This document shows positions 21,666 to 32,544 of a stretch of 64,000 nt of DNA, piece after piece; the first letter of the stretch is position 1; the number at the start of each line of letters is the position of its first letter. The stretch covers positions 52,260-116,259 of the forward strand of contig JBEKIG010000007.1 of the NCBI GenBank assembly GCA_050011875.1, written 5' to 3'. A model generated the notes under the pieces. It did no database searches and was not told where the DNA came from. It worked only from the letters and a program-made list of their open reading frames with translations. Source of the stretch: Nitrososphaeria archaeon. Its GTDB lineage: Archaea; Thermoproteota; Nitrososphaeria; JACIWG01. A program made the translations under genes and the position numbers.

Positions 21666-22586
21666 TCAAGCAAGGCCTTCCATCTCAAACTTCAACCTTC
21701 TAACAGCCTCATCTATATTTAAGGGCTTATGCCTGAGTTGGGAAGTGGCTTTTCTAACATCTAAAGAAGAATCATTAGGTCTCATAGCGAACCAGTTCAT
21801 ATCTCCCATTTTGGCAGGCCTGATCAGCAGTCTATCGAGATCAAAAATTTCCGCGAGTTTGGTGACAAAGTCAAAACGGGATAATCTTGTGGCACCAGAC
21901 ATGTGATAAACGCCTGTAAACCATCTGTTAACAGCTTCTAATACCATCTCAGCTAAGCTAGAGTTCAAAGTGGGAGAAATAAACTGATCAACAAGTATGT
22001 GAATAGTCTCCTCTTTACGGAGTTTTTCTAGAGCCCACAATGCAAAGTTAACTTTACCGAGGGCAGGCCTAGAACCAAATATGACACTAGCCCTGACAAC
22101 AAGGTAGTCTAAACCAGAAGATTTAACCAGCTTTTCACTTTCGAGCTTAGAATTACCGTAATAGTTTACTGGACTACATGAATCATCTTCTTTATACATA
22201 CCTTTATCACCTTGGAAAACATAGTCGGTTGAAATGTAAACAAGGTATACGCCGAACCTTCTACAGGCATCAATAATGTTTCTTGTGCCGTCAATGTTGG
22301 TTTGATATGCAAAAACCTTGTCCCTCTCACATAAATCAACATCTGTTAATGCGGCTGCGTGAACAACTATGTCGGGACGTATCCTACTGAAGGTGTTCAT
22401 TATCGCTCCTGAGTTAGTTACATTTAACTTGAAAGGATGGCCAATATTTACAAGATGTTCATAGTAACCAGAGTAAACCTCAAAACCTTCTTTGAGAGCT
22501 AATTCGACCAAGCAAGAGCCAAATAAACCACTAGCGCCAGTTACGATAGCCTTCAATTTGTTAGCCCCCTTGAACATATATTTCAA
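21666..22586 (-). CDS. rfbD: dTDP-4-dehydrorhamnose reductase
   Basis: TGASGLFG, HAAALTDVDLCE, ISTDYVF, YGNSK and DQFISPT motifs. Confidence 0.92.
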   Translation of the reverse strand: MKYMFKGANKLKAIVTGASGLFGSCLVELALKEGFEVYSGYYEHLVNIGHPFKLNVTNSGAIMNTFSRIRPDIVVHAAALTDVDLCERDKVFAYQTNIDGTRNIIDACRRFGVYLVYISTDYVFQGDKGMYKEDDSCSPVNYYGNSKLESEKLVKSSGLDYLVVRASVIFGSRPALGKVNFALWALEKLRKEETIHILVDQFISPTLNSSLAEMVLEAVNRWFTGVYHMSGATRLSRFDFVTKLAEIFDLDRLLIRPAKMGDMNWFAMRPNDSSLDVRKATSQLRHKPLNIDEAVRRLKFEMEGLA

Positions 22587-22921
22587 AATGGTTATTTAAT
22601 ACTACTGTTTACTAATTTTAAGATATAATTTTATCTAAACTTGCACATTAACTTCAATCTACGATTCCATTCCTTTAACTTGCCTAGCAAGTTTTAGTAC
22701 AACTGTAGAATATCCATTTACACTAAACCTTAATTAATGTGTTATCAGCCAAAAAGGTCTTTGCACTTTAAATCAAATTTGTGCCTTATTCTGTAGAACC
22801 TTTTATAAAGCATCTAAAATAATAAATATTACCACACTTTTATGATATTGAATTTATGTTCGTTTATATTTATTGATTTACCAACAGAAATTTATAACCT
22901 AACCCCGACCTCTTTGCTTGA

Positions 22922-23836
22922 CTAGGGTGAGGCTATTGTTTTTCTAAGACCATCTTCTAGACTCATCTTGGGAACGTATTCTAAAGATTTGACTGCCCTA
23001 GAAACGTCAGCCGTGCTCTGACGTATGTCTCCTTCTTTTACCGGCTTATGTAAAGGTACTATATGAGACTTTTCGGACACCTTTGCGATAATCTGCGCTA
23101 ATTGATTAATTGTTGTTTTAGTTCCTGTTCCTATGTTTATCGTTTCTTGAATGTTAGACTTTATAGCCTTTAATATGTATTCGACTGCATCTCCTACGTA
23201 AATGAAGTCTCTGTATTGTTCTCCATCACCATATATTATTGGAGGCTCGTCTCTACTTATTCTCCTAATGAACTGAGTTATAACTCCACTGTATTGGTTA
23301 AAGGATTGCCTTTGTCCATACACATTAAATAAACGTAGTATCACTGTACTGATCTTTCCTATCGTGTTATATGATTTACAATATTCTTCCGCTTCTAGCT
23401 TGCTCTCTGCATATGGTGAAAGCGGTTTCGTTGGGTGGCTTTCGTTTATCGGAACTCTTAATGGATTGCCGTACACAGCAGCAGATGAGATGAATACAAA
23501 CCTTTTTACTCCCGCTTCCATCGACTGATTCAGAACATTAAATGTTCCCTTTGAATTGACTTCTCGATACAAAAGAGGCTTTACAATTGACTCTTGGACG
23601 CTTGTCAGCGCAGCTAAATGTACTACCACATCCACATCTTCAAAAGATTCCAGAAGCTTACTTTCCTCTCGAATGTCCACATGCTTGAAATCTATCTTAG
23701 GAAGAACATTAGTCAAGTTATCCAACTTTCCTGACCACAGGTTGTCCACCACCACAACATTTTCTCTTAGGGACACTAGCTTTTCGACGAGGTGGCTTCC
23801 AATGAAACCAGCACCGCCTGTTACAGTAATCTTCAT
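22922..23836 (-). CDS. NAD-dependent nucleotide-sugar epimerase (GalE/WbpP-like)
   Basis: TGGAGFIGSH, SSAAVYG, YAESK, RLFNVYG and RDFIYV motifs. Confidence 0.9.
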   Translation of the reverse strand: MKITVTGGAGFIGSHLVEKLVSLRENVVVVDNLWSGKLDNLTNVLPKIDFKHVDIREESKLLESFEDVDVVVHLAALTSVQESIVKPLLYREVNSKGTFNVLNQSMEAGVKRFVFISSAAVYGNPLRVPINESHPTKPLSPYAESKLEAEEYCKSYNTIGKISTVILRLFNVYGQRQSFNQYSGVITQFIRRISRDEPPIIYGDGEQYRDFIYVGDAVEYILKAIKSNIQETINIGTGTKTTINQLAQIIAKVSEKSHIVPLHKPVKEGDIRQSTADVSRAVKSLEYVPKMSLEDGLRKTIASP

Positions 23837-23873
23837 TTTTCTTCACTAAACAAATTATAAACATAAAAAAGAT

Positions 23874-24143
23874 TTATTGGCTCTTTGCTTCAGTTGATTC
23901 TGCCTTGTTTTCCTCCGTCTTAGGTTCTTCCTTCGTAAGCTCTTCTATCGGTTGCGGGGGAGGAGTTGTCGCGAGAGTAAATCCTATCCAGCCTAGAACG
24001 GCTAGAACGCCTCCTATTATTACAAATGCTGTTATCTGCAGAATGATTTGAGGGTTCCAGAAGAAGAGAAGCCATGCATATACAACTATTCCGATGATAC
24101 CTGCGAGAAGTAATGTTACTCCTATTAATTGATCTCTACTCAT
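23874..24143 (-). CDS. Small conserved two-TM archaeal membrane protein
   Basis: Two hydrophobic helices then WIGFTLATTPPPQPIEE and a charged tail. Confidence 0.75.
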   Translation of the reverse strand: MSRDQLIGVTLLLAGIIGIVVYAWLLFFWNPQIILQITAFVIIGGVLAVLGWIGFTLATTPPPQPIEELTKEEPKTEENKAESTEAKSQ

Positions 24144-24464
24144 CTAATATCACTCATTTTCTGTGTTCGTAGGGGTTTAAAAATATTCCTTACTATAGTC
24201 TGTCTTATTAGAACTTGCATTCTGTGATGAAATAAAAAATTTCGTTAAAATACACAGTAGTGAGTTGGAGATCTATATCACAGAAATCCGTTGAACACCG
24301 CCTGCAACTAAATTTAATGAGTAAATTGATTAAAATTAACTATGTCTTAGACAAGGTCTTCAGTTAAGTGGCAGGAAGAAGAATCGGGCGTTCTGAAGAA
24401 GCCTTTTTCGATGCTAGCTATAAAATATTTCGATTACAAGAAAATTATTGAATAAGGTTCCGGT

Positions 24465-25370
24465 TTAAAGTGTTAAATCAACCCGTTTTGCATTATCATT
24501 TTTATACATTAAATAGATGCCGGACATCACGATTATTATTGCTGCAATCTTGTAGACGCTTATCGCTTCCTGTAGAAATATTGCTGCAAAGAAGAGCCCG
24601 AATACTGCAGCTGTTGAAAATACGACTATTGTCTTTACTGTACCTATGTTTTGCAAGGCTTTCAGGAAAAAGTATAGCGACATGCCAAATCCTATTGTAC
24701 CTATGAGTATCAGATCTGGAATCTGTCCTATTCCTATTTGCAAGGGTGTTTTTAGAGCGATTACGACTGCAGCTAGTATAAAGAATCCAACGATTGATTT
24801 TACTTGGGAAAGTTTTGCTGGTTCGATTTTGCCTGTTAAGATCTTGCTTACATTGTTGTCTATCGACCAAAACACGGTTGCACCGAGAACTAGAAGGTTA
24901 CCTAATGAAATTTCTATAAATAATCGTGATAGATCAAGGTTAGTTGCCACGATAATTACTCCCGTCAGTATCATTAAAATGGCTATGTAATCCGCCTTTT
25001 TCGGTCTTTCTTTGAAAAACAGTATGGCGAAAACGATCGTGAATACTTGTTCCCCATTCGAGAGAATAGCTGTATCAGAGGCGGATGTCCTCTGAAGGCC
25101 TAGAAAGTACAGTGTCGGCGCTATCGCTGCTCCACATATTGCTGATGTCGCGAATAATATGGAAGTTCTACTCTTTAGCGGGAAGGATGATTTTCTTGCA
25201 AAAGGTGTTAGTGCTATTGCTGCGAGCAGGTAGGATAGACATGATAACAATAGTGGATTTATCGTCTGCATTGCTACTTTTCCAACTGTGGAAACTGAAC
25301 CAAAGCATAATGCTGCTCCTAAGGCGTATAAATATCCTATTGATGACATATTTCTAGGCTGATCAGCCAT
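24465..25370 (-). CDS. EamA/DMT family transporter
   Basis: About 10 TM helices in two repeats; FFKER and FLQEAIS ends typical of EamA. Confidence 0.88.
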   Translation of the reverse strand: MADQPRNMSSIGYLYALGAALCFGSVSTVGKVAMQTINPLLLSCLSYLLAAIALTPFARKSSFPLKSRTSILFATSAICGAAIAPTLYFLGLQRTSASDTAILSNGEQVFTIVFAILFFKERPKKADYIAILMILTGVIIVATNLDLSRLFIEISLGNLLVLGATVFWSIDNNVSKILTGKIEPAKLSQVKSIVGFFILAAVVIALKTPLQIGIGQIPDLILIGTIGFGMSLYFFLKALQNIGTVKTIVVFSTAAVFGLFFAAIFLQEAISVYKIAAIIIVMSGIYLMYKNDNAKRVDLTL

Positions 25371-25749
25371 CGGAGCTCAAGAGGTTCAGAAGTATCAGAT
25401 ATTTAGTTTTTAACGGAGCCATTTTCTTTTTTAAAATATTTATGAAACATTTTTTGGGATATCTTCTTTCTGAAGTGTGTTAGAGCCTATAGCCTTTGTT
25501 GGAGAAGAATAAACCAATGAGAGACATTCTTGAAGGGATTGGAACATGATGTTTGCTCATAACATTCTTTATAGGAAAGAGTTGGAAGAGCTGCGGTCCA
25601 TTCCTGTAAGATTATGCAGTGATAAATTCAGCATTTAGGGACAGGGTTCCCGATTCAAAGAGCTCTATTAAATGTTAATTTCCAATAAATTTTGAAACGA
25701 ATAGAAATAAATTCTAATCCTTTTAAGCCATAAGCATGACGTTCACATT

Positions 25750-26310
25750 ATGGGTGAAACAGTTTCTATCTTTGGCTTTGCAGGTAGCCTTCGAAAAGGT
25801 TCTTACAACAAGATGCTATTGAAGGCGTGTTTTGACCTATTACCAGAAAATGCACGACTTGAAACGTTTGACCTTGAAGGCATCCCGCCATTTAATCAGG
25901 ACTTGGAACGTGAACCTCCAGAAAAAGTGAAGGAGTTTAAGGCGAAGATTAAAGCTGCTGACGCAATTTTAATTGCAACACCTGAATACAATTACTCTAT
26001 TCCAGGCGTTCTAAAGAACGCTATTGATTGGGCTTCAAGACCCTACGTGGATAATTCCTTCAAAGACAAACCTGCTGCTTTGATGAGCGCGTCTACGGGG
26101 ATGATTGGATGTGAAAGAGCGCAGCTTCACCTTCGCCAGTGTTTTGTCTTCCTCAATGTGCACGCCGTTAACATGCCTGAGGTAATCGTTACTTTTGCGC
26201 CAAAAAGATTTGATGATGAAGGTAGGCTAATAGATGAGGAGGCCAAAGGATACATCAGGATATTATTTGAGAATTTAGTCGCCTTAACCCTAAAACTGAA
26301 AACAAAGTAA
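25750..26310 (+). CDS. NADPH-dependent FMN reductase (ChrR-like)
   Basis: GSLRKGSYN and TPEYNYSIPGVLKNAIDWASR motifs. Confidence 0.92.
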   Translation: MGETVSIFGFAGSLRKGSYNKMLLKACFDLLPENARLETFDLEGIPPFNQDLEREPPEKVKEFKAKIKAADAILIATPEYNYSIPGVLKNAIDWASRPYVDNSFKDKPAALMSASTGMIGCERAQLHLRQCFVFLNVHAVNMPEVIVTFAPKRFDDEGRLIDEEAKGYIRILFENLVALTLKLKTK

Positions 26311-26438
26311 CGCTCGAAGTCTACCTGTGGTATGCTCAAATTTGTCGTTACACTAACGTGTTTTCTTTCCAAAGGGACATGTTCGAGATCTTTTTAGTAT
26401 TTTAGGAATATTTTTTGTTTTCATAAAGTTGAAATCTT

Positions 26439-27284
26439 TCAAGTTTTGTTAGTAAAAGATTTTTCCACATTTAAACTCTTTAGTATTGAGGTGGCGTAGA
26501 AGACGTTTTCTATGCTTGATATCCCTAGAATGGGGGTTCTCCTGAACCCTCCATCTTTGTTTATACAGTTCAGCACGAATCTTATATGCTCTCCCCCAAA
26601 CTTTACTCTTTCTGTTAACACTTCCAATGATTTTACTCCATAGTATGTATATTCCATATATGGTAGGATATTCTCTGGCCTTGTTACGAATCCTCCATCT
26701 GGCCGCTCACATTTTCTTATATAATCTAGCGATCCTTTTCTGTTTATCATTTCAATTCTGTTAAGGCATTTCAAAGCGCCAAGAGCGTGATAGGTTGAGG
26801 TGATCGTACTGTGCCCTATCATGCCAAAGCCTCCATCCACGTTTTGATGATTAACTATTTCTTTTATAATCTTTAAATTAAATTCGATTGAGTCAATTAC
26901 AGAAAGTTCTGATACAAAATTTATCTTCTTGAACTCCTGTTCAAATTCATAGACCCTCCTCTTCTCAGGGAATGTCATGCTTTTCTTAACTAAATCAAGG
27001 TTTTTGGAGACAATTTCCTTTGCCTGCTCATTTTTTTCTAAAACCTGCAGGCTTTTTATGCAAGTGTAAAGCGAATACACGCTGTCAATCTTTTGGCTGG
27101 TTAACCATTCAGTGCACCTGCTTCTCTTCTCGAACTCAACACCTATATCAGCTAAAATCGATAGCGCACAGTATGTTGCCGTTGAGTTAGGGTAATCTAC
27201 AGGAGACATCTTAAAACCTCCGCTCTCATCATAGCGTTCTAAGACGAATTCTCCTATCTTTGGCCAGATTTCAGTTAAGGTCAC
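26439..27284 (-). CDS. Prenyltransferase/squalene-oxidase repeat protein
   Basis: Repeated QNVDGGF, CERPDGGF and CINKDGGF motifs, each followed by a TYxA-type helix. Confidence 0.78.
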   Translation of the reverse strand: MTLTEIWPKIGEFVLERYDESGGFKMSPVDYPNSTATYCALSILADIGVEFEKRSRCTEWLTSQKIDSVYSLYTCIKSLQVLEKNEQAKEIVSKNLDLVKKSMTFPEKRRVYEFEQEFKKINFVSELSVIDSIEFNLKIIKEIVNHQNVDGGFGMIGHSTITSTYHALGALKCLNRIEMINRKGSLDYIRKCERPDGGFVTRPENILPYMEYTYYGVKSLEVLTERVKFGGEHIRFVLNCINKDGGFRRTPILGISSIENVFYATSILKSLNVEKSFTNKT

Positions 27285-27441
27285 CCGTATCCACCTCTGG
27301 GCATATTGCCTAGACTTTCCTAATACTTTTAAGTTTTAGACAACTTCCATAAATTGGGGCTTTATTATAATAGAAGTGAGCATATAGATTCGTTATATAA
27401 GTCGTTTATAGATTCATTTATAAAATCTTTCTGTATTCTCT

Positions 27442-28032
27442 TTGCATATGAATGGAACGGCGGCTCAGACGAATAAGACGAAGGGAGCCGTTGAGACAAG
27501 AAACCTTGCCCTAATAATTGTGTTCTCGGCATTGATAGCTGTCTCCACAATATTGGTCATACCACTCCCTGCTCCCATAGCGGAGATAACTTGGGCTCCA
27601 CCGATCTACTTTGCATTGAGCGTTTTGGCTGGGCCTTGGCCTGCCTTCTTTTCAACGGCTTTGGGTTCATTTATTGGGGAATTCTACAACGTTTCTTATA
27701 GAGGCTTCCCTTTTATTTATGCACCCGGAATAGTGTGGGCAAGAGCGCCCGAAGCGCTCATCATAGGATGGGCGAGAAAAAAGAAGGGAGCAACACTTGC
27801 GATGGTGATGGGGCTCGCAACCGTGTATGAGACACTTGCCTTTCTGATTCCCGATTGGCTCTTCTATACCTATGGTCTTTTTGGATATAGCCATCCGATG
27901 AGCCTGACCGCTGGTTTTTACTTTGCCTTACCTGATGTTCTCACGATGGTTGATATTATATACATCCCCATATCGTTTGTCATAATCAGGTTCGCCAAGC
28001 CTGTTTTCCAGAGTATGGGATTCGCAAAATAA
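27442..28032 (+). CDS. ECF transporter S component
   Basis: About 6 TM helices; N-terminal FSALIAV (AxxxA-like) motif. Confidence 0.7.
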   Translation: MHMNGTAAQTNKTKGAVETRNLALIIVFSALIAVSTILVIPLPAPIAEITWAPPIYFALSVLAGPWPAFFSTALGSFIGEFYNVSYRGFPFIYAPGIVWARAPEALIIGWARKKKGATLAMVMGLATVYETLAFLIPDWLFYTYGLFGYSHPMSLTAGFYFALPDVLTMVDIIYIPISFVIIRFAKPVFQSMGFAK

Positions 28033-28331
28033 GATTTAGTTTGTTTGACTAAAAGGTAAACTTGATTTCTTTTGATACGGTTTCCTCCAAAAAAATCTTA
28101 TTACTTCACCTATCTCACACTTGGTAACCAGACAGCCGGTAGACATGGACTTAACAAGGCTCGCAACATTTTCCTATTCCCATTCCACAAAGGAAAACTG
28201 AAAAGGAGAAATTTGAATGGTAAAAATAAAAGGATGCAATCAGTCGCTCATATGGATTACTTTAAAATAACGACCGATGGAGTCAAACTGTTATGGAAAA
28301 CCGTTTAAGAAACCGAGGTTATGTTTAAGCA

Positions 28332-29333
28332 ATGGGAAAACTGACCAATGAAGAATTAAAAAAGCTTCTGAGCTGTATAAAGAAAGATCATAGAGTAATC
28401 GTACCGCCTTCACCTGGATTTGATTCGGGTGTACACAAATTACAGGGAAAGTACTTAGTTATTTCAACCGACCCTTGCATTAATGTCCCACTAAAATGGT
28501 TCGGATGGCTACTAATACACTATGCTGCCTCAGACGTAGCACTCTTTGGAGCAAAACCAGAATTCTGCACCATTAACCTTTTGGGTCCACCATCTACAAA
28601 ACCCAAAACCTTCCAAAAGATCATGCAGCAGACCTGCCTTGCTATCGATGAACTTCAAATGACTATTGTGACAGGGCACACCGGAACCTACACAGGGCTC
28701 TCAACCCCAATAGGGGTCTGCACGGCCTACGGAACGGTTGAGAGAAACAAGCTTATAACACCGGGTGGCGCTGAACCTGGAGACTGCATTTATTGCATAA
28801 AACCACTTGGCCTAGAGGTTGCCGTCAACTTTGCTTTAACCCGCAGGCTCAAAGCAAAAGGCATTTTCGGAGTTCAAAAAACGCGAGAATTGGAAAAACT
28901 TGTGCCGATGCAGAGTTGCGTGAGAGAAGCTTTGCTACTCACCGGAATTGGTGGCGTTCACGCTATGCATGATGCTACTGAAGGAGGTTTAACAACTGCA
29001 TTGAATGAGATGGCCGAAGCTTCCAAAGCCGGTTTTAGAATAGACTTCGATAGGATTCCAATCTGTAAAGAGGTGCAAACACTGCGGAAACAATTCAAAC
29101 TATCAGATGAGCAATTGTTATCCATGTCGTCCACCGGAACAATCCTAGCTAGTGTTAGTCCGAAAGAAAAAGAGAAAGTCGAAACAATCATGAATCGGAA
29201 CAATATTCAAGCAAAAGTCTTAGGCGTTTTCACAAAAAGTATGCAGCGTATTCTCGTACAAGGAAGAGAAAAAATACCGTTTCCCATAAAAGCTGATGAT
29301 CCTTATGCAAGAATTCTCTCTGAAAAGATATAG
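28332..29333 (+). CDS. AIR synthase-related (PurM/HypE/ThiL superfamily) protein
   Basis: MGKL, STDP, GHT and AMHDATEGG motifs. Confidence 0.88.
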   Translation: MGKLTNEELKKLLSCIKKDHRVIVPPSPGFDSGVHKLQGKYLVISTDPCINVPLKWFGWLLIHYAASDVALFGAKPEFCTINLLGPPSTKPKTFQKIMQQTCLAIDELQMTIVTGHTGTYTGLSTPIGVCTAYGTVERNKLITPGGAEPGDCIYCIKPLGLEVAVNFALTRRLKAKGIFGVQKTRELEKLVPMQSCVREALLLTGIGGVHAMHDATEGGLTTALNEMAEASKAGFRIDFDRIPICKEVQTLRKQFKLSDEQLLSMSSTGTILASVSPKEKEKVETIMNRNNIQAKVLGVFTKSMQRILVQGREKIPFPIKADDPYARILSEKI

Positions 29334-29352
29334 ATAATCATTTATTTTTTCC

Positions 29353-30309
29353 TTATTGCTTTTTGGTTTTAACGATGTAGTCTGAGAATAATTTCTTGAA
29401 TATTTCAGTGTCTATTATCGGTGATCCATCGTCTCTCGCTATTGCCTGTTTTGGTAATAACACATCCCTGTACGAGGACATTCTTTCCCTCAATGTATCT
29501 TCTAGGATCGGTTCATCGGGATTCTGATAGAACGTTCCTATAGGAATCTTATCATCCTCTTCAACTGACTTATGCCATGCCTGGAAGACCTTCTTTTCGA
29601 TGGCTTCTTTTGTCTGTTCCCTTACTACAGGATCCCACTCCGGCTGTTCCTCAAGGCGGTAGATCCTTTTCTTGTAGTAATCTGCTGTATTTATGTCGTT
29701 GTAAGTTACACACGGCTGAAATACGTCGAGGAACGCTGAACCCCTGTGTTTTACGGCGGCGATTATCAGGTCTTTAAGGTGTTCGGAGTACATAGAGTAT
29801 CCCCTTGCTACAAAAGTGTATCCTGATGCGAGCGCAAGCGCTATCGGGTTTACTGGACTGAACATGTTCGGTTCCGCTAGAGACTTAGTCTTCAAACCTT
29901 TCCTTAGAGTCGGTGAAGCCTGTCCTTTAGTCAGTCCATATACACCATTATCGTGCATCACCACCGTCATGTCAATGTTCCTTCTTCCTAGTGCCACAAA
30001 GTGGCAGGCTCCTATTCCTAATATATCGCCATCCCCGCCATGAACTATGACCGTCAGCTCAGGGTTCGCGATCTTTATTCCTGTAGCGAAAGCTATGTCT
30101 CTGCCGTGCAAAGCATGAACGCCATTAACCTTAACGAAATGCGACATCTTCCCAGAACAGCCTATACCTGAAACTATCACCGTCTTTGCTGGATCAATAT
30201 TCATTTCTGCAAATGCCTTGTAGATGGAAGCCGCTATGCCAAAATTTCCACAACCTATGCACCAGTCCATCCATACATCTGTCCTGTAGTCAATTGGGTT
30301 ACGCGCCAT
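29353..30309 (-). CDS. korB: 2-oxoacid:ferredoxin oxidoreductase beta subunit
   Basis: WCIGCGNFG, SGIGCS, GDGD TPP motif, YGLTKGQASPT and QPCVTYN. Confidence 0.95.
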   Translation of the reverse strand: MARNPIDYRTDVWMDWCIGCGNFGIAASIYKAFAEMNIDPAKTVIVSGIGCSGKMSHFVKVNGVHALHGRDIAFATGIKIANPELTVIVHGGDGDILGIGACHFVALGRRNIDMTVVMHDNGVYGLTKGQASPTLRKGLKTKSLAEPNMFSPVNPIALALASGYTFVARGYSMYSEHLKDLIIAAVKHRGSAFLDVFQPCVTYNDINTADYYKKRIYRLEEQPEWDPVVREQTKEAIEKKVFQAWHKSVEEDDKIPIGTFYQNPDEPILEDTLRERMSSYRDVLLPKQAIARDDGSPIIDTEIFKKLFSDYIVKTKKQ

Positions 30310-32212
30310 ATGTCAGAACCACCCTTTTTTCACCACCAAAAATCTGTCGTATCCCCTGGGAAAGTTCATTCCTGTATATTGGTCTCCCAGTGTATTTTAC
30401 TATCGACTTGTCTAATATTATTCCAGTGTTTAAAGTAATAACCTTTGATGCCTGCGCAAGATAGTTGTGCTCTACGGGAATCACCTTGTCCCTGTCGAAT
30501 TTTGAAATAATCGACTTCACGTAATTGGATGGGAATGGTGAAAACATCTTTATATTCAAGTACGCTCCTTTAAGGTCTTTGTCATTTAACTGTCCTATTG
30601 CATCAAGTGCAACTCCTTTTGTAAACCCCCATCCTATTAATAAGTAGTTCGCGTCTTCTTGCCCGTAGTACACTGCTCTCGTTTCAGATGGGATCTCTTT
30701 ATCGGCTAGCTCAAGCTTCATCATTCTTTTATCATACATTTCCACCCTATTGACGGGGTCTTCATCTATGTGGCCTTCCTCCGAATGTTCATCCCCAGAC
30801 TGATATTGCACTACGTAGGATCCTATGAAAGCTCTCGGCGATATTGGAGGGTTAGCTAGACTAAAACGCTTGTAACCTTCCGTTTTATAATAGATTTTTC
30901 CTCTCTCTATTTTCACTTTCGATAGATCGGGAATAGCTATAGTTGAAATGCAATTCGCCAAGAACTTGTCTAAAAGATGAATGACAGGAGTCTGGTACCT
31001 TTCTGCTAAATTGAACGCTTCTATAGAATCGTAGAAGACTTCTTGATGGTCACCTGAGGAGAGAACTATCCTCGGAAATTCGCCATGAGAAGCAAACAAT
31101 GGGAACAAAAGATCTTCTTGGCCACCTCTTGTTGGTTGGCCAGTGCTTGGAGCACCTCTCTGGTAATAGGTTATGACAAGGGGGACCTCGTTCTGTCCCG
31201 CCCATCCTAATCCTTCGACCATTAAACTAAATCCTGGTCCACTTGTAGCGGTTGCACTTCTTACGCCCACAATTGAAGCCCCTATCGCTGACGCTATCGC
31301 AGAAATTTCGTCTTCCGTTTGTAATACGACTACGGATCCTAGACTCTTGTCATCTACGTTCATCCTCTGATAAGTCTCTATTGTAAAGCTTTCATCAGCC
31401 GCTGGTGTTATAGGATAGTAGCTCTGATACCTTAAACCGCCGACCATTTTACCCATTGCAACGATATCATTCCCGCTCGCTACAATAAGTTCTTTGTTGT
31501 TTAGCCGTGTCGGTTCTAATTCAATTGAAGCATCATGCCTGTTTTTGATCAAGTCGGCTACATATTTCACTGCGAACTTGTTATGTTCAACAAGCTCAGG
31601 TCTCTCGGAAAACCTGCTCTGGATACTTAATTCGATGGCTTCTTTTTCGAGCCCTGTTATACCCACTATCGAACCTATGATTATCGCGCTTATGTAACGT
31701 GACGCTTGTGCCGGAATCAGCTTAAATTGTTTACTGAGCTCTGAGAGTATAGAGGGATAGTTTAGGTCGATGACATTTACCTTCTTAGCTCCTTTCAGGT
31801 ACTTCACAAGTGAAGAAATTGTGCCATCAATCCCAATCGTATCAAATTTATTTCTCAACCTTTCTCTAAGTCTTGGTTCTATGCTCGGTATGTTTACACT
31901 TTTAGCTGCTGATGTTGAAGTATCATAAACTAAGAAACCTTTTTCATCTAAGTCCTCGAAATGCGTGAAGACAGTTTCGGCGTCCATAGCGCAAACAATC
32001 TGCACTGGATAATTTAACGAAGTAGGAAGAACCGAAGAAGAGATTCGAAAATGAGTATAACTGTGCCTGCCCTTTATATTGGAAAAATACTCTCTGTCAG
32101 AAAAGCATCCGTACCCTAGATAGGAGAAGGTCTTAGTAAGTATCTGCGCACTTGATTCTAGGCCAGCCCCTTGAGCGCCTCCTAAGAGAAGGTTTAGCTC
32201 TTCTCTGGCCAT
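30299..32212 (-). CDS. korA: 2-oxoacid:ferredoxin oxidoreductase alpha subunit (fused gamma-alpha)
   Basis: GGAQGAG, YFSNIKGRHS, YPITP, EDEI, TSGPGFSLM and QRGAPSTG motifs. Confidence 0.95.
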   Translation of the reverse strand: MAREELNLLLGGAQGAGLESSAQILTKTFSYLGYGCFSDREYFSNIKGRHSYTHFRISSSVLPTSLNYPVQIVCAMDAETVFTHFEDLDEKGFLVYDTSTSAAKSVNIPSIEPRLRERLRNKFDTIGIDGTISSLVKYLKGAKKVNVIDLNYPSILSELSKQFKLIPAQASRYISAIIIGSIVGITGLEKEAIELSIQSRFSERPELVEHNKFAVKYVADLIKNRHDASIELEPTRLNNKELIVASGNDIVAMGKMVGGLRYQSYYPITPAADESFTIETYQRMNVDDKSLGSVVVLQTEDEISAIASAIGASIVGVRSATATSGPGFSLMVEGLGWAGQNEVPLVITYYQRGAPSTGQPTRGGQEDLLFPLFASHGEFPRIVLSSGDHQEVFYDSIEAFNLAERYQTPVIHLLDKFLANCISTIAIPDLSKVKIERGKIYYKTEGYKRFSLANPPISPRAFIGSYVVQYQSGDEHSEEGHIDEDPVNRVEMYDKRMMKLELADKEIPSETRAVYYGQEDANYLLIGWGFTKGVALDAIGQLNDKDLKGAYLNIKMFSPFPSNYVKSIISKFDRDKVIPVEHNYLAQASKVITLNTGIILDKSIVKYTGRPIYRNELSQGIRQIFGGEKRVVLTYGA

Positions 32213-32226
32213 TTCAAAACAGTCTC

Positions 32227-32544
32227 CTAGTCTCCAGATGGCGACTCTTCTGAGGCAACTTCATCATTATAAACATGAAAGGTCAGAATATCGCCCACAT
32301 GCTCTCTTAGCTCATCAATCGAGTAAACCGGTTTCCTGCATGTGACACAGTAGAGCCAACCATTTTCTTCGAAGGCCTTATTCAAATCTAGTGCTTCAAA
32401 GTGTTCACATCCCCCTTCTAAGTATGGTACGATTTGCTCCTTACTATTGCAGTATCCGAGAAAGTTGTAAGTATCATGTAAAACGTACTTCGCACATCTA
32501 GTACAGTAAAACTCTTTACCTTTAGTGCTCAAAGCTATCTGCAA
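32227..32544 (-). CDS. Small Cys-rich putative metal-binding protein
   Basis: CxxC...C...C...CxxC...H; ends 14 nt before the korA start. Confidence 0.7.
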   Translation of the reverse strand: MQIALSTKGKEFYCTRCAKYVLHDTYNFLGYCNSKEQIVPYLEGGCEHFEALDLNKAFEENGWLYCVTCRKPVYSIDELREHVGDILTFHVYNDEVASEESPSGD

